Below are positions 50,681-64,000 of a DNA stretch of 64,000 nucleotides, in pieces (within the stretch, counting starts at the first letter, position 1; every line of letters starts with the position of its first letter). The notes beneath the pieces were generated by a model that saw only the letters and a program-made list of their open reading frames with translations, searched no databases and was not told the origin of the DNA. The DNA lies in assembly GCA_048128005.1 (NCBI GenBank), contig JBEUKZ010000054.1, forward strand, positions 62,001 through 126,000. Reading direction: 5' to 3'. The position numbers were made by a program, and so were the translations under genes. This stretch comes from Veleropilina oligotropha. Taxonomy: Eukaryota.

Positions 50681-52487
50681 TTTTATTATATGCCACAATC
50701 AATCCTGCCAATTATTATACGAAAAAATACAAACCAGTTTATGTGAAGAAATTGTCCGTTTAATTTAAATAATGTGAACTATATGACAACGTGGAACAGT
50801 ATACATGTTATGCGGTTTTTATGAATGAAGCTTACTCCGTCTATTTTGACAGTAGGCCAGTGAACAATTTGCGTTGTGCCGTATATTTTACAATAACACA
50901 TTTATAAGCAAAACTTTTTCTGACATGTATTAGGAATACCATTTATATAATATTTAACTAATTATTTACCATCTATCGCTTTTCGTGAATTTAAATTAAG
51001 GAGATTAAATGGGAACTATTTCTTCGGCGAATGAACAAGGAACAAACAAGTAACGTGGTCAGACGTGTTCGTTTATAGAGTTTGAATTAATTGTTATGGC
51101 TATGCTGAAAGTGCAGGTGTATAAGGATATTTGAGTGCTGCTTCGAGGACTGGCTGGAACGGGACTATTATGTAAATAGTACGGGAGGACTTCGGAACGT
51201 ACGTGAGCTCGTGATTTGTTTTCCTGCCATAAAGACCGCCATTTGTTATATCTTCTTCTCCCGGTAATGTGCCGGGCTCAATGTTGAGCATAATCGCATA
51301 TTACCATTACGGAGACTGCCTTCGCCAAGAGGTTGAGATTTGTACCAATTACCAGCAGCTTTTCTAGCGTGGTTTATGGACAGATAAAAGGGGTATTTCG
51401 GTGAGGTCTGAAGATCGTGTGGTCGCTACCGTTTGTATTCCCTGTACAGTTGTACGCCCAAATGGGGCACGCATTCTCGACGTTAGTGGCGTACTGCTAA
51501 TTAATCTGTGCACGTAAGTCTTATAATAATTGTTTGCATACATGTACATCATTTTATTCTAATATATAATAATTAATTTCTAAGTTTGTACATTTTTCTC
51601 TATGGTATTTTCATCTATGGTATTTTAATCAAATGACGTCTGCCTCTGTCCACTCAGATCGTTATTGAATGTGAACAGCTGTGTTTTGACACGTGACTGC
51701 TTTGGAAGTAGTTCCTTGAATATATAAGCAGGAGACGTTTTCCTGTGCATATATAAGCAGGAGACGTTTTCTGTATCGATATCAGCCGTGTCCGTGATAC
51801 AGGGTCTCGGAAAACTGCGCGAGAATAGGCGTCAGAAAACGACTGGCATATAATAAACTGTTTTCCTATACACATCATTGAAGTGTTTGGTGCAATTGTA
51901 GATCATCTTCTAGATCGATATCTTTTACGTTACATGAAAGTCTGGATTATCAAGTGACACTCGAAACATTCTTTCAAAACCCCAAATCAGACCTAAAATC
52001 CATTTTATTATATATTGCAATTTCCCCTTTCTGCTTCGCCCATTTCACATGCAACTCCCCCACCCAATAACTACAATATATTGGCTAGACAGAAAAGATT
52101 CAAGTGCAAAATTTCATTTGTTATATCAAATTGCATATATGATAGAAAGAAATATATAAAAGTCGATAATTTAGGAAAGCGTTGTGTAAAGTCTGGAATT
52201 TGGCACATGGCAAAAATACGAAAGTTACTCTTAGATACATTTCATCATACATTTCATGAATCTTGCAAAAATTAAGTACAGGTAAGTATTTCCCTCTCAT
52301 TTTGTGCCGATATCTAGTCTAAATCAGTAATTAACAACATCCAATGAAAGATGAACCCATAAAACAAACAGTGACATCATAATAAACAACCATTATGAAC
52401 TGAGTGTTAAAACAATGATTATCTATGATTGGAATTAAGCTCCAGAACATCATTTTACATTCATTCTTATATTAAAGCTGAGTGTAC

Positions 52488-52625
52488 CTCGTACGCCTCC
52501 AGCGATGCTGTTTGCGCCAGCTTCGCTGCTTCTGCATTGGATATGGATGTTATATAACAGGTGGCCTCGAGTAACAATCCAAACTGTAACTGAAAGGAGA
52601 GTGAAAACTTTGATAGTAGAACCAT
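52488..52625 (-). CDS. FReD protein exon 1 (putative), signal-peptide-like start
   Basis: ggcATGG..GAG|gtacac, 138 nt, phase 0. MVLLSKFSLSFQLQFGLLLEATCYITSISNAEAAKLAQTASLEAYE. An internal acceptor at 52590 is an alternative. The six exons total 915 nt, or 304 aa. Confidence 0.55.
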
Positions 52626-52712
52626 GCCGAGATGAACAACGTGATCATAGCTAATGTTTGAAATCACCAGCGTCTGACCATCGCGTTGGAGTATTTAGTG
52701 CCACCGTTTTCA

Positions 52713-52742
52713 TTTATAAGCACACTAAACTAAATTACGTCA
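52713..52742 (-). promoter_or_regulatory. Candidate TATA box (TATAAA) with adjacent TGACGTAA (CRE-like) site upstream of FReD exon 1
   Basis: TATAAA at 52718-52713, ~90 nt upstream of the ATG, and TGACGTAA at 52742-52735. These are short motifs in AT-rich DNA. Confidence 0.3.
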
Positions 52743-53260
52743 TTGGTATTTCTATATTATGTATTTGTTCCCACGTCGGGATAATAAATGTTGCTATTTA
52801 TTGATAAAATAAGTTAGCAATAATGAATATCGGTAGTCTGAGAGCGACGGGTTCAACGTCCACCCAATAACACTCCATATATTATTGAAACATTTGGTGT
52901 GTATCACTCACCACTAGCAAATGTTCTAGAGTAATATGTACACTATATATACATACTTTAGCATGATCAAAATAAAACTCCGTTTTTCCATGGACATCAT
53001 GAGGGTCGGTCACTTCATTAATGAGTGATGTCTCGATCTGGAATAAAACAAATCGCCGCCAGTAGTGTCATAACGATGTTTGTAATTTGTATATCTATGT
53101 TTGGTCATTGGCCTTAACAAACATATTTATTTCTAAAGAATAGACTACATAGGCTACATTGATTATGAAACTGCCGTCATCTAAGGAAATGTTACTATCT
53201 CAGACAGTCCTCTTCTGATGCATAATTTCGATAATGAATAAAGTAAGATAGGGGGGATAT

Positions 53261-56200
53261 TTAATATCACATTTATGAAACGAGTTAACTAATTTACATA
53301 TTTTCCGAGGTTTCACCAATCCAGAGGCTGAAAAGAGCGTTATTTTTGGATGAACATGGCACCGTCTCCTATACATTTTAAACCTTGTTTATTTGTTAGA
53401 AGGATACCTCAGAATACATAATCAAGAGGTCTGCTCGGCCGTTTGGATTGCGAAAATTATTAGGTAAAAGGTGGCATGACGTGCGATCAAATTTTGGAAA
53501 AATGAGTAAATCTTAAATAATCATATTTATAGAATAAATATGTCAAAATTTTAGTATACGGCTAATTTTTGGTGTATATAAATTTGATTGTATATATATG
53601 CAACAAATAACAATGAGTTTCCTGGTAGGAGAGTTTAGAAAATAATTAAAAAGTTCAATTTTGAGTTACAATAATTGGAAATCACCACTAATGTTCCCCA
53701 TTTTACTGCAATGTTATGAAGAAAAGTCCGGTTGCTTATCATTAACGAATTACAATACACTAATAATAAACATATCAAAATGATCCCCTTATAATTTAAG
53801 GAAGAAGAAAAATAGGTTATATGTTTTCGAGACCCCTCGTAGGTAGTAATATGACATAATCCTAGATGGCCACCGTCAATTAGTGAAATTATTCTGTACA
53901 TCATATCTTTGCGGCCAGAATTGATATATACACGAATAATGTGTCGCTTTGTTTGTTTTCAAAAACCAGGAAACCGATCCGGCAATTTATCTTTCAAAAC
54001 ATTACAAGCAAATGGCTTTGACGGGCATATATATGTGTAAAAAAATTGAGGAAATCCAAAATGGCCGCCATGAAATAATGAAAATATGCTTGAGCTCATA
54101 CCTTTACAGTCAGGTTAGATAAATACGTAAATGACGTGTCGTTTTACATGTTTTCATATATGAGGAAGACAATTCTGCTATTTATATTTCAAATACTATA
54201 ATAAAATCAAGCTGACCAGGCATATACATACGTCTGAAATTTGATTGATTCCAAAGTGAAAACGTATAAATATTCCCTCGCCTCTTTTACGTGTAACTGG
54301 TAATAAATAATCATTTTTATGATTACATGTGCCATACCATACTCTCGTGGCGGGAATTGTTTAACTGTACAGTGATATAAGGAGCCTACATTACAAGAGG
54401 AAGAATTCTTCGTCCCCTAAATAGGTGAAATCTGTTGATTTCAAAGTTTGAGTCATTTAAAAAAACAGTGAACCAATTGATTATACAAACTTTATGTTGA
54501 ATCCGTCAATTACGATAATCAAGGATATTATTGAGGATGCTTGTAAACGTATCGTATATGGTGGGAGTATAAGTCAGAGTATATTTGACTAAATAGCAGT
54601 CTTCATTGTGTCTCTGCAGAAAAGATAAGTATTTTGGTAAAGAAATTGCGTGAGTTGTCAAGAATGTCAAAAAGCGATATTGAACAGTGTTATGTTTTTC
54701 AGCTTCTTTGAATGCTCAAACCGAGCATCTGAAATATCAATCACCAAGGCTAACCAAGATCTAGATAATAACTAAAATTTAGAAACTGAATTGAACAATA
54801 CTACTAGAAGTATTGTGATCAATCATATATTCATATAAAATATGTAAACTTATTTTCAGGTAATTAGTTCCTTTGTCTGTTTGTTTGTTTATTCGATAAA
54901 AGAAGGTAAACAAGCTAAATTCACTATCAGGATGACCAAAGAAAGCTCAAAAGCTTATTCCCATTGGGGTCCTCCTAACTGATAATCCCCGGTATAAGAT
55001 GCATCTAACACAACTGATCCTCGATGTACATTTCAGTAGATAATCAGCGCATATCGATAGTTAAACATACCAAAAGGATCAAAGTGCATATATTTTAGTG
55101 AACCAAAACTGAATTGTCAAATCCAACAGGCAGGTATTGTACGTTACCAAAGCAGGAACGGCACTTTGGAACTCACTTAAGTTTTGTATGCAAAAATAAA
55201 AGATCCAAGTCACTTTCAGGTAAACTTGCAGATCTATATCGAACATCACCTACATCAAAGGCTTGGAAATTGAAACATGCATTACAAATGTCGTGTTGAA
55301 GCAAATGCAGTTAGTGGGATGCATTTGTCTGCCACTGTGATTGGTACATGCCAGGTTCTTAAGTCTGGTTTGAATTAGACAAAATCGACTTTCTGGAATC
55401 AACCCTTTGTGGTATGAAGACCATGTTTTACGGTACATTATTCTGTGTATACTGACAAGTCGCCAATGATGACACCAAGTGATCGTGATTGATCTTTGAA
55501 ATGTTAAATTTTGCATAATGCTGTTGACTGTAAAAAAGTTATATTCAATGGAACGAATGAGAGATTGCATGTTGCTCACATCGAAACCGGCCATAGGTCA
55601 AAATAAGAAAACGTAGCTTTAAATATACAAATAACACAGGTGGCCCTCAATGTCTTGCTATCAACCACAGGAGTGACAAAACCAATGTTGCCTTTGTTCC
55701 TCCAATAATCCAATCACCCTACACTGACTTTCGCATATTATACATAGCATCGCAACTCGTGTTATAAAGGTGTTAAGTTGTTTAACCTGGTTATGAAGCT
55801 GTTAGTGGAACGCAGCGACATCAGGGAGCAGCTTCTATTTCTGCCTAGAAAATTTAATATTCTGTTTTGGGGTTGAGCAGCGTTTGAAGAGTACGTGGAG
55901 GGGAGTGGAATCGACTAGGCCTGGTATGGGTGGAAGCTAAACTGCACTCATCAACAACGGTCAACCATAACTCATTGCCATTGGCAAGCATATATGTATA
56001 TCACTGAGGGCTACCCTCATTGGTCTATGCAATATGTAAAGTTTTGTTTTATGACGGAACCCGACGAGAAGGTATTCTTGAAACAGTCATCCGTTCCTCT
56101 GGAAAAGGCATATCGCAGCGGCATAAATGAAGGAAACAGTTAATCAGCACCGGGAACTCTGGAAAGAATTCATGAAAGGAACTTCTGGGGAGATGAAAGC

Positions 56201-58612
56201 TGAGGATGACATCAATAATATTCAGATCATGAATTGAGCAGCAAAACAGTACATATAATGTCAATAGGGGAATTGCAGGAATAACTCAAATGTAGAAGGC
56301 ACTTAATAATATTTTCTCAGGGTGATCAACGTCACTAGACGAATTTGCGAAATAATAGGGTAGTAATACAATGAGAATGGAACATAATCTCATGAAGTCA
56401 CAGGGTGGATGGTTTCCAGAATGGTGAAGAATGTTTCCAAACTCACTGTGATGTTGAAAGAGCACGAAGACCCTTTCCTGGTATACAAATAATAGGACGA
56501 CGTACACAACCTGATTAGCAGTGTCCAAAGATATCAAAGAATTTGACCAGATTAAACCATTTGTCATGGAGCATCTAACTGAGGGATGACTGTATGTGGG
56601 ACAAAATGCAGAAAAGAAAAATTGGAACATTGTAGGTGGTAATAGTTAAATACCATCGCATAGAGGCCAAAAACTGGTGAAAATTAAAGAAGAACTTAGA
56701 CTTTCCCAGAGGTTCATGGTCATCCCACGATACTGACTAATGGTAAACGTAAAGAATGCGGTGGACCGAATGGATTTGACATTGTCTATTTGCGACTGGC
56801 GGTTCACAATCGTTGGCCTATATGTAGGACCATAATCCTTTTTGGACGGTGTATGGATCCTTCTTGGTATTTAATGGTACATACTAAACACTTAACATTG
56901 TTGATATATGTTTTGGAGATGAGCAATAATCCTTGGAAAATTTGTGTATACTGAAACAAAGCCGGAAATATCATTTAACTTTGGAATCTGTCCATTTTGA
57001 AACCTATATATCATCCATTTTGATTTTCCTGAAAAGAACAAAGGCACAATTAGCTTCCACACATATATATATGGCTGACAACTTTATTTGGTTGTACTAT
57101 TTTGAAAATGAAATGACAGAATTATCTTCTGCGTATCTGAAAACATATAAATGGACATATTATTCACGTATCTATCTTATCTGTCTGCAAATATATGAGA
57201 TCAAGAATATTTTCATTATTTCATGGTGGACATTTTGAATTTCGTTAATTTTGACACGCATGATTGCCCGTCAACTTCATTTGTTTGCAATTTTTTAAAG
57301 AATAATGGCAGAATTGGCTTCCTAGTGTCCGAACACATATAAAGAGACATATTATTCATGTATCTATCTAATCTGGTGGCAAAGAGATGAAACAAAAATA
57401 TTTTTCACTATTTCATGGCGGCCATCTTGGATTTCATCAACTTTCTACCTATTAGGGGTCTCGAAAATATTGTAACCCTTTTTTTTCTTACTTATATTAT
57501 CTTAAACCATAATAAAGTGATAAATCACTTTTAACAAACAAAATACACGAAATTCCATTTAATGCCATAAGGGCCTACACTATAACATGAGTGAAATATT
57601 CGGGTCTTATTCCCCAAAGGGGGTAGGAAGTCGTTGGCACATCTGATATATATTTCTTTGATCGTTTATGCTCTTAAACAAGTGATTCTGGTTGGGATAT
57701 GACTAGATAATTGCTAAAATGTGTCTTACCACAAACAACATTGATGCATACATATAATTTAATAGTAACGAATTTCAAGGGGGGGGGGGGGGGTGGTCCG
57801 GACTCCCTGGATCCACTTGTTCGTGTACATCATAAGCTGCATAATATTGTATATATATGCTCGACCAAGAAATGTGAAAAAATATATGTGGGGAGTGGTT
57901 TAAATAGTTAATGATCATTTTCCAAATGAAATTGGTATCATGCAGTTTTGTGGCCAAAATTTTATATTAAGTTGCGACTGAAGTCGGTATTTTCGATTTA
58001 GCAACTGACGAAATATTTTTTGGGGAATTTTTTTCTTAGTCTAACGAGTAATGAATGTGTATACTTTTAATATCCATCTTGTACTTATATCTTGATTAGC
58101 TATTGAAGATAAAAGACTTTTACACATAACTTTGCGGTAAAATGAGGGACATTTGTGTCAATTTCAGACCCAAAATTGTAATTAATAGTTATTTTTTCAA
58201 GTACCCTGCCTTGGAACTCATTATTATTTGTTGCATATATACAGTCGACGTAATGTCCACCAAAAATTAGCCATATACTACAATTTTGACCTATTTATTC
58301 CATAAATGTGATCACTAAAGATTTGATAATTTTTTGCAAAATTTGGGTGACACGTCATACCACCTTTCACCTAATAAATTTTTTTCGCAATCCAAACGGC
58401 CGAGCAGACCTCTTGAATATATCTTCTGGGGTATCATTTTAACAAAAAAACAAGGTTTGAAAAGTATAGGAGGCGGGGCCATGTTCATAAAAAATATGCC
58501 TCTACATAATATGCCTCTAGAAGTGCCTTCTACATATGGCATATATGCCTCTTGCCCCTACTACTAGGAAAATTTGAAAATTAGTTAACGAGTTTCATAA
58601 ATGTGATATTAA
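53261..58612. mobile_element. TTAA-flanked DNA element with ~470-500-bp imperfect terminal inverted repeats
   Basis: TTAA-TATCACATTTATGAAAC.. pairs with ..GTTTCATAAATGTGATA-TTAA. Internal anchors such as TCAAGAGGTCTGCTCGGCCGTTTGGATTGCGAAAA and its reverse complement show pairing to ~53730/58110. Confidence 0.85.
53790..57582. mobile_element. Nested, decayed Academ-like element (left tip missing)
   Basis: A second inverted pair (TTTTCGAGACCCCT..AGATGGCCACC versus GGCGGCCATCTT..AGGGGTCTCGAAAA). The right end is GGGCCTACACTA. Faint transposase-like peptides lie inside (NVAFVPPIIQSPYTD, LKEHEDPF). Confidence 0.5.
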
Positions 58613-59699
58613 ATCACCACAATTGTGATATTCTTTTTATCATATATCTCAAAGTTATAAAGAAACAGGCTGTACAACGTTGCTTTTAATTTTGTTGACC
58701 CTTCTAACATAATTATGCGGCGTAGTAATATTGCAGAAGGTGAAATTTGTAAATTGATTGTTGACGTCATGAAAACGTGGCATTGGGTGTGAAAATTAAT
58801 CCCGTTTTTACCTACTCTATAAACTATAAAGAGCAACAGATGCTGTTATGAAAAGATCTAATGTCGCTTTATCATTATATTATACTAATCCAACAAGCTT
58901 TATTCAAAGAACATGAAATGCGTGTCGCGCGTGACTCCTGTATGTCGATTTCACTTTTATCGTGTCAGAGGTCGACACAATTTGTCGTCTGCTCTCGACG
59001 AAGGTACGTATGCTTACATATAAAGCATCAGAATTATAACAAAATGGTTGGCTTTGTATAAAGTTAACAATTATAAACACGTTTCCAGAATAATTTTATA
59101 AAAATGCAACGTTAATATGTTAATTTCGATCTAAAATAAGTTCGAAGCGACGCCAATATGGCGGTAATGAATGAAATGAAATGTACACCAAACAGATTGC
59201 ATAGCAGAAACTAAATTGCAAACTTGGCCTACTACATTGTATTTTGTATGCTATGACTATTGGAAGTTAAACGATCTTACCTGGATGACTGCACTTAATA
59301 TTTCCACTAAATATTGGTCGTTAGTTGCAGTGTTTTCCCTTGACAGTGGCCATGTTTTTCTGATCGATTAAATCGCATATTGCCGAAATCGCATAGTAGA
59401 ATATAGTCCGATACACTGTAAATGACCTTGTCTGACTTGCTCTGTCATTGGCTGTTATTCAGTTTCATTGATTAAATTATCCAATCACAATTAGAAAGTC
59501 AATAATACACATGTTGATTATTGTTATTACTAAACACTTTTGCCCTATGTAAAATGACCCTGATATATATTAAACATGTATATCACATGGAAGATTAGAG
59601 GGCTTACCTTACCAAGATGTACAGCCTGACAACACCTCCGAATATCACATTCCCATATCACACCAACATTTTAAGGTTGTCTGCGGTTTCATTATAACA

Positions 59700-59950
59700 T
59701 GGCTGCTCCGACAGACTTGTGGTTTCGGCTGCAGACTCGCAAATCACTGCGTTGATTACGCTGACACTAAACAGTAGTGAGTTGGCATATCCGTTGAGAC
59801 ATTGGCATTATTTGTTCAGTTATGAATCATAGTTGTCCGTAACTGATCGAAGAGAACGGGTTTCTCCGGGCGACCGGTCTTTCTTCCCGCTATAATATTG
59901 CTTTGAACCTGATAAGTGTAAATACAGGACATTAAGCATCGATCCTTTCC
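59700..59950 (+). mobile_element. SINE family B (V-domain-like)
   Basis: GTTATGAATCATAGTTGTCCG..GGGTTTCTCCGGGCGACCGGTCTTTCTTCCCGC..AGGACATTAAGCATCGATC matches 36238-36372. Confidence 0.8.
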
Positions 59951-62063
59951 TTTTATGTCGGAAGACATATCTAGCTTTTGGAAAGTTTCAACAGATTTAC
60001 ACTTTGTCCAATCACAGTCCGTAAAAATACATGTCACTTTCACAACTTGTGCATCCGATGTTTCAAATAACACCCACTTCTGTAATGGAATTTGGTCAAT
60101 TTATACGCAATATCCCATATCTATTATGCTATTTAGTAACAAACTCTTACGCTGTGTCATACTGAACTTGAATTGTATAAAAAATTACTGCTCGGTAAAC
60201 AGGCATTGCCTTTTCATATACACTATCTGCTTCTTGCATAAATTATCGAATTTCCTCTCAAACTTTGGTGTGGTACATCTTAACACTTAACAGTAATAAT
60301 AAATCTATTTTACCAACTTTGTGTGCTTATGTTTGTGCAAAGCATAATAAAGTGTGCAAAAATAATGTTATTTAATTGCAAATCACATGTTTTTCACAGG
60401 GGGAGATTCTAAAAGATAGAATGTCAAAGGCTGTGACTTGATGGCCTACATTCATATTCAATTTATCTCATTCATAAAAGTTTTCAATATTGCCTAGGGG
60501 GTCAATCCACATGAAAGAACAGCCACATGACTGTTGCCATAGCAAATGGTCAAAGGGGCATACATAGAAATTGTTGTACAGGGGTAAGTCAAGCTGGACA
60601 GACAACAAGGAGAAGTTAGAGCTGACAGAGAGAAGTGACAATATATTGTAAATTGTGAACATATGAAATAAAGTAATTGTAGTGAAAAGGTTATATAAGA
60701 TAAGTCATTATAGTTTTTATTGCCATTGTATATTAAATATGTTATTTACAACTGTTGGTTTATTGTTTATATGTTAACTTGAATAAATTTATATGTAAAT
60801 TAAAATAATCAATAAATAGAGAATTTATAACATTATGTTTTGCTTGATTTCCATTTCTCAAGAATTCGACTAAAAATTTCTAAATGACTGCATGGTCTCA
60901 AAATGTAATCAATTTGTTAATGTTTTGGTTAAAGAACAAAAATAACTAAATAAATATGTTGGGAACATGGTTAACCCAGGAAGGTTATATTCAAACCAAT
61001 GTGTAATGAACAATATGACCTACATTTTGAACTAGGGTCTGCATGGTTCTGGCATCGACACCTGATTTGGTATTCGGAATGACATCAACTTTGGGATCAA
61101 CTGCAACTTATTTGACAAACAAGTACGTTCATGTTGCGAAACCAACACTCTTTTCACTTTCCGACTTTTCATTAATTCAGCACTTTGATTTCATTCTAAC
61201 AACGCTTTCAAATTCGTAAAAATATTGATTTTATTTTTGTTATTATGCTATAATGGCATTTAGTTCCACCAGGATTTACGATCTTATGGCGATTCTTACC
61301 ATATCACGTATAACGAACAGCAGAATAATGCAGAAGCAACCAGGTATCTTCATTTCGTCGAATATCCTGCAGCTCACGTTTAGCTACTTGTTTTGAGTTT
61401 AAAATGTTTTCATGTTTCTAAAGGGCATCGTAATCTCCGGTGCATCTGTTAGTTTCACAAGGTTGCTCATATTATAGCATAGCTTACATCGAATCGGGTC
61501 ACGCAGACGTCTATATAAAACAGGCACAGCAGACAAAATCCACACTTTTGAACCTTATACAAACATCGTGCGTCCATCCGTTCGGTCCTTCGTGCATCTG
61601 TGAGTCCGACTTGCTGGGGATATCAATTAATATGTCTTCTTGTTCAAATTAAAAGCAAGATATCTAGTATAAATCGTTATCGCTCATAGATAAACTAATA
61701 AAGCGATGTTCACAAGATGTCTTTTGAAAACCAGTTCGCCTATTGTTGTCTGTTGCAGCCGTGACGGATAACCCTTTCTTGGAATGAAACACACTACATT
61801 GCCGATTTTAATGGGTAGGTGGAGATAAACTTAAGTGTTTGGAGTCTTGAACCTCGTGCGAAGCACATGCTTTTACGGCCTTGCCATTATATACATACTT
61901 GCCCTCGAGACTCCACCACTACACCCTGGTTTGGGTCGGATGTCTTTCTCAGCTAAAGTTCTGTATACAGTTTGAACTATTGGCGCCAATTTACGCTCTG
62001 ATCGGTGCTATGGGTGCACCACAAATCGCCCTTCCCTATGGAATGTCCCTCTAGAACGGATTA

Positions 62064-64000
62064 TAGTCCAGGCAAACTATACTTTGACTTGGAACAAATT
62101 GCAACATAATTTATTTCGCCATAATACAATGCTCTAGGTTCCCAAAAACATCATACTAAAAGTCCTAAGAAATCCATGTTGCGGAAATATGTCTAATTTG
62201 CATAATCCAAGATGGCCGCCCAAAATAATATAATATCACATATTTTTGCTCTCTGAAGACATAATAGAATGATTTATGATTTTAAATAAGGTTTTTGGAC
62301 ACAAGCTTCACATGGAATACAATATACATTGATACGATGAAAAAATTATTTCCATATAATCCAATATTCAAATAGTATATATATATGTATACCCAATATT
62401 TGGTTGCCAAAAACATAAATGTACTGTCACTTATTCATATACACTACAGTAACAGCTTACTGATTAACTTTTGATTATTCTTTTATTTATTGAAAATGAT
62501 GAGTAAAGTATCCTGGTTCACTTCTGCGTCAGTAACGTTCCTTCCCATGATATATCTTGATTCCAGTGATGTGTCTTGCATCTATTCTACAATGAAGTTT
62601 GTATCAAATCAAGCTCAGCTGTATGAAGTGATCCCTTCCTCATATTCGACCAACCTTTGTATTGGAAAGCATTGAACATTATACGATCTCAACCAAACGA
62701 CGGTGATCTCCGGCGAATAGTTATCAGGCTCGGGGGCTTTAACATAGCATCGGGCACCTAATGACAGGCTCCGGACTGCAAGAGCTACTTGAAGTTGTGT
62801 ACACTAGCAACACAGTCGGCCACATGATGACAGGCGAGACTGTTTCTCGAGCAGTGCATGGCCATATGCTTGTAGATGCTGCTCTGAATACCATTCTGGT
62901 GGCCGACACATACAATGTGCCAGTACCAACCAAAGACACAGTACACGAACTAGATGAGATAGATATTGCTGATATTGAGACAGGCTATGTCTGGACGCAA
63001 GGTACCACCACGACTGACTTGACAACAGCAATAGAGCTTTATGAAAGAGCTATGTCGTCTTCGTTATCAGTGACAGAAGTGTGCTCAGCAGAAGTGTTGG
63101 AAAGAATCCAAAGTAAACTAGATGAGAAGAAGGAAAAAATGACTATGCGGACAGCAAGGCTCTGGCTGCATTATCTTAACATGGTGGACATCCTAAGAAA
63201 GTTTATCATAGCTGAGAGAATAGGCAACTGGAGATTACACCTGCAATCTGTATACGATATGCTATCATACTTTGCAGCGTCTGGACACCGACAATATGCA
63301 AACTCTCCATATGTGTATCTACAAATGATGACAGCTCTACCCGAAACGCACCCGGATGTTTATAATAAATTCAAAGACGGTTACCACGTGGTGAGGCGAA
63401 GTCAGAGGTATTAGGCAGGCCTTTTCGCCGATCTCATTATTGAGCAGGTTCTGATGCGAAGTGTGAAGACGCACGGGGGTCTAACACGAGGAAAAGGAAT
63501 GACAGAGACTCAGCGCTTACTATGGGTCCTCTCCATGCCAGCATGTGCAAACATAAATGATGCCATGCAGAAGTTCAGCGGTGTCTTATATGAAACCAGC
63601 GACCAACACAAAGACACATCAAAGGCTCGACAGAACAGAGATGTCAGTGACACTCTCGACCTTATCAGCTATCTCAAGGAGAGAGACCCATTCATGAGAA
63701 TGCTTTCCTTGTCAACATATCAAATGGCATGACAGCACAGGAAGGAGTCAATGTTGAGCGATCAAGAGAGATTGGGAACAAGATTTTTGAGTCCATGGTT
63801 GGTAAATCAACGGAAGAGTTCACTTTTCGAAAAGCTGACGAAGCCAAGACATTAGCCTCCAGATCAACTGTCAAGATCAAAGGGGAGCTTGTAAATATGG
63901 ATCCACATTTGATATCCCAACGACTGGTAACTGTGGGCGATCGTTGTGAAGATATATCATCATTGTTCAAGTATGAACTCTGTAGTCATCCCCCTGCATT
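62064..64000 (+). mobile_element. Academ-type DNA transposon, left part (runs off window)
   Basis: Candidate terminus TAGTCCAGGC, subterminal AATTTGCATAATCCAAGATGGCCGCC, followed by transposase relic. Confidence 0.6.
62490..64000 (+). pseudogene. Degenerate Academ-type transposase
   Basis: VTFLPMI..CIYSTM../FDQPLYWKA../RLGGF../SIGHLMTGSGL..AERIGNWRLHL..FAASGHRQYA..VRRSQRY*AGLFADLIIEQVLMRSVKTHGGLTRG. Contains stops and frameshifts. Confidence 0.75.

Noticed and set aside
51040..51560. Coding relic of an enzyme belonging to the 50512-50680 hairpin element
   Set aside because: No recognisable recombinase, HUH or transposase motif in the frames I read.
59281..59680. Two minus-strand segments with gtaag donors as upstream FReD coding exons
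   Set aside because: Every frame tried contains stops (e.g. MLV*YGN). They could be UTR exons, but this cannot be supported without RNA data.

Overview
Repeat-rich, AT-rich animal genomic DNA. It looks invertebrate, judging from the intron style and transposon types, but the taxon cannot be fixed from sequence alone. Two spliced genes converge tail-to-tail. (1) The last six coding exons of a HAUS1/augmin subunit 1 orthologue lie on + (3248-6552). (2) A six-exon, ~304-aa fibrinogen-related-domain (FReD) gene lies on - (52625-8699), with a second, frameshifted copy of its last exon at 7435-7693. The FReD introns hold: a ~20.5 kb 48/49-bp satellite with a 5'-truncated LINE inside; ~9 kb of 25/31-bp C-rich arrays that begin at, and copy, the exon-3 splice donor; an intact 5.3 kb two-ORF LINE (PHD-APE-RT); a decayed Polinton/Maverick-like segment; SINEs; a Helentron-type element; and two long GAA-loop DNA hairpins. 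Upstream of the FReD gene are a TTAA-flanked long-TIR element containing an Academ-like relic and a degenerate Academ-type transposase. Exon models were checked by hand for GT-AG boundaries and phase. Family names come from motif recognition, not database searches.
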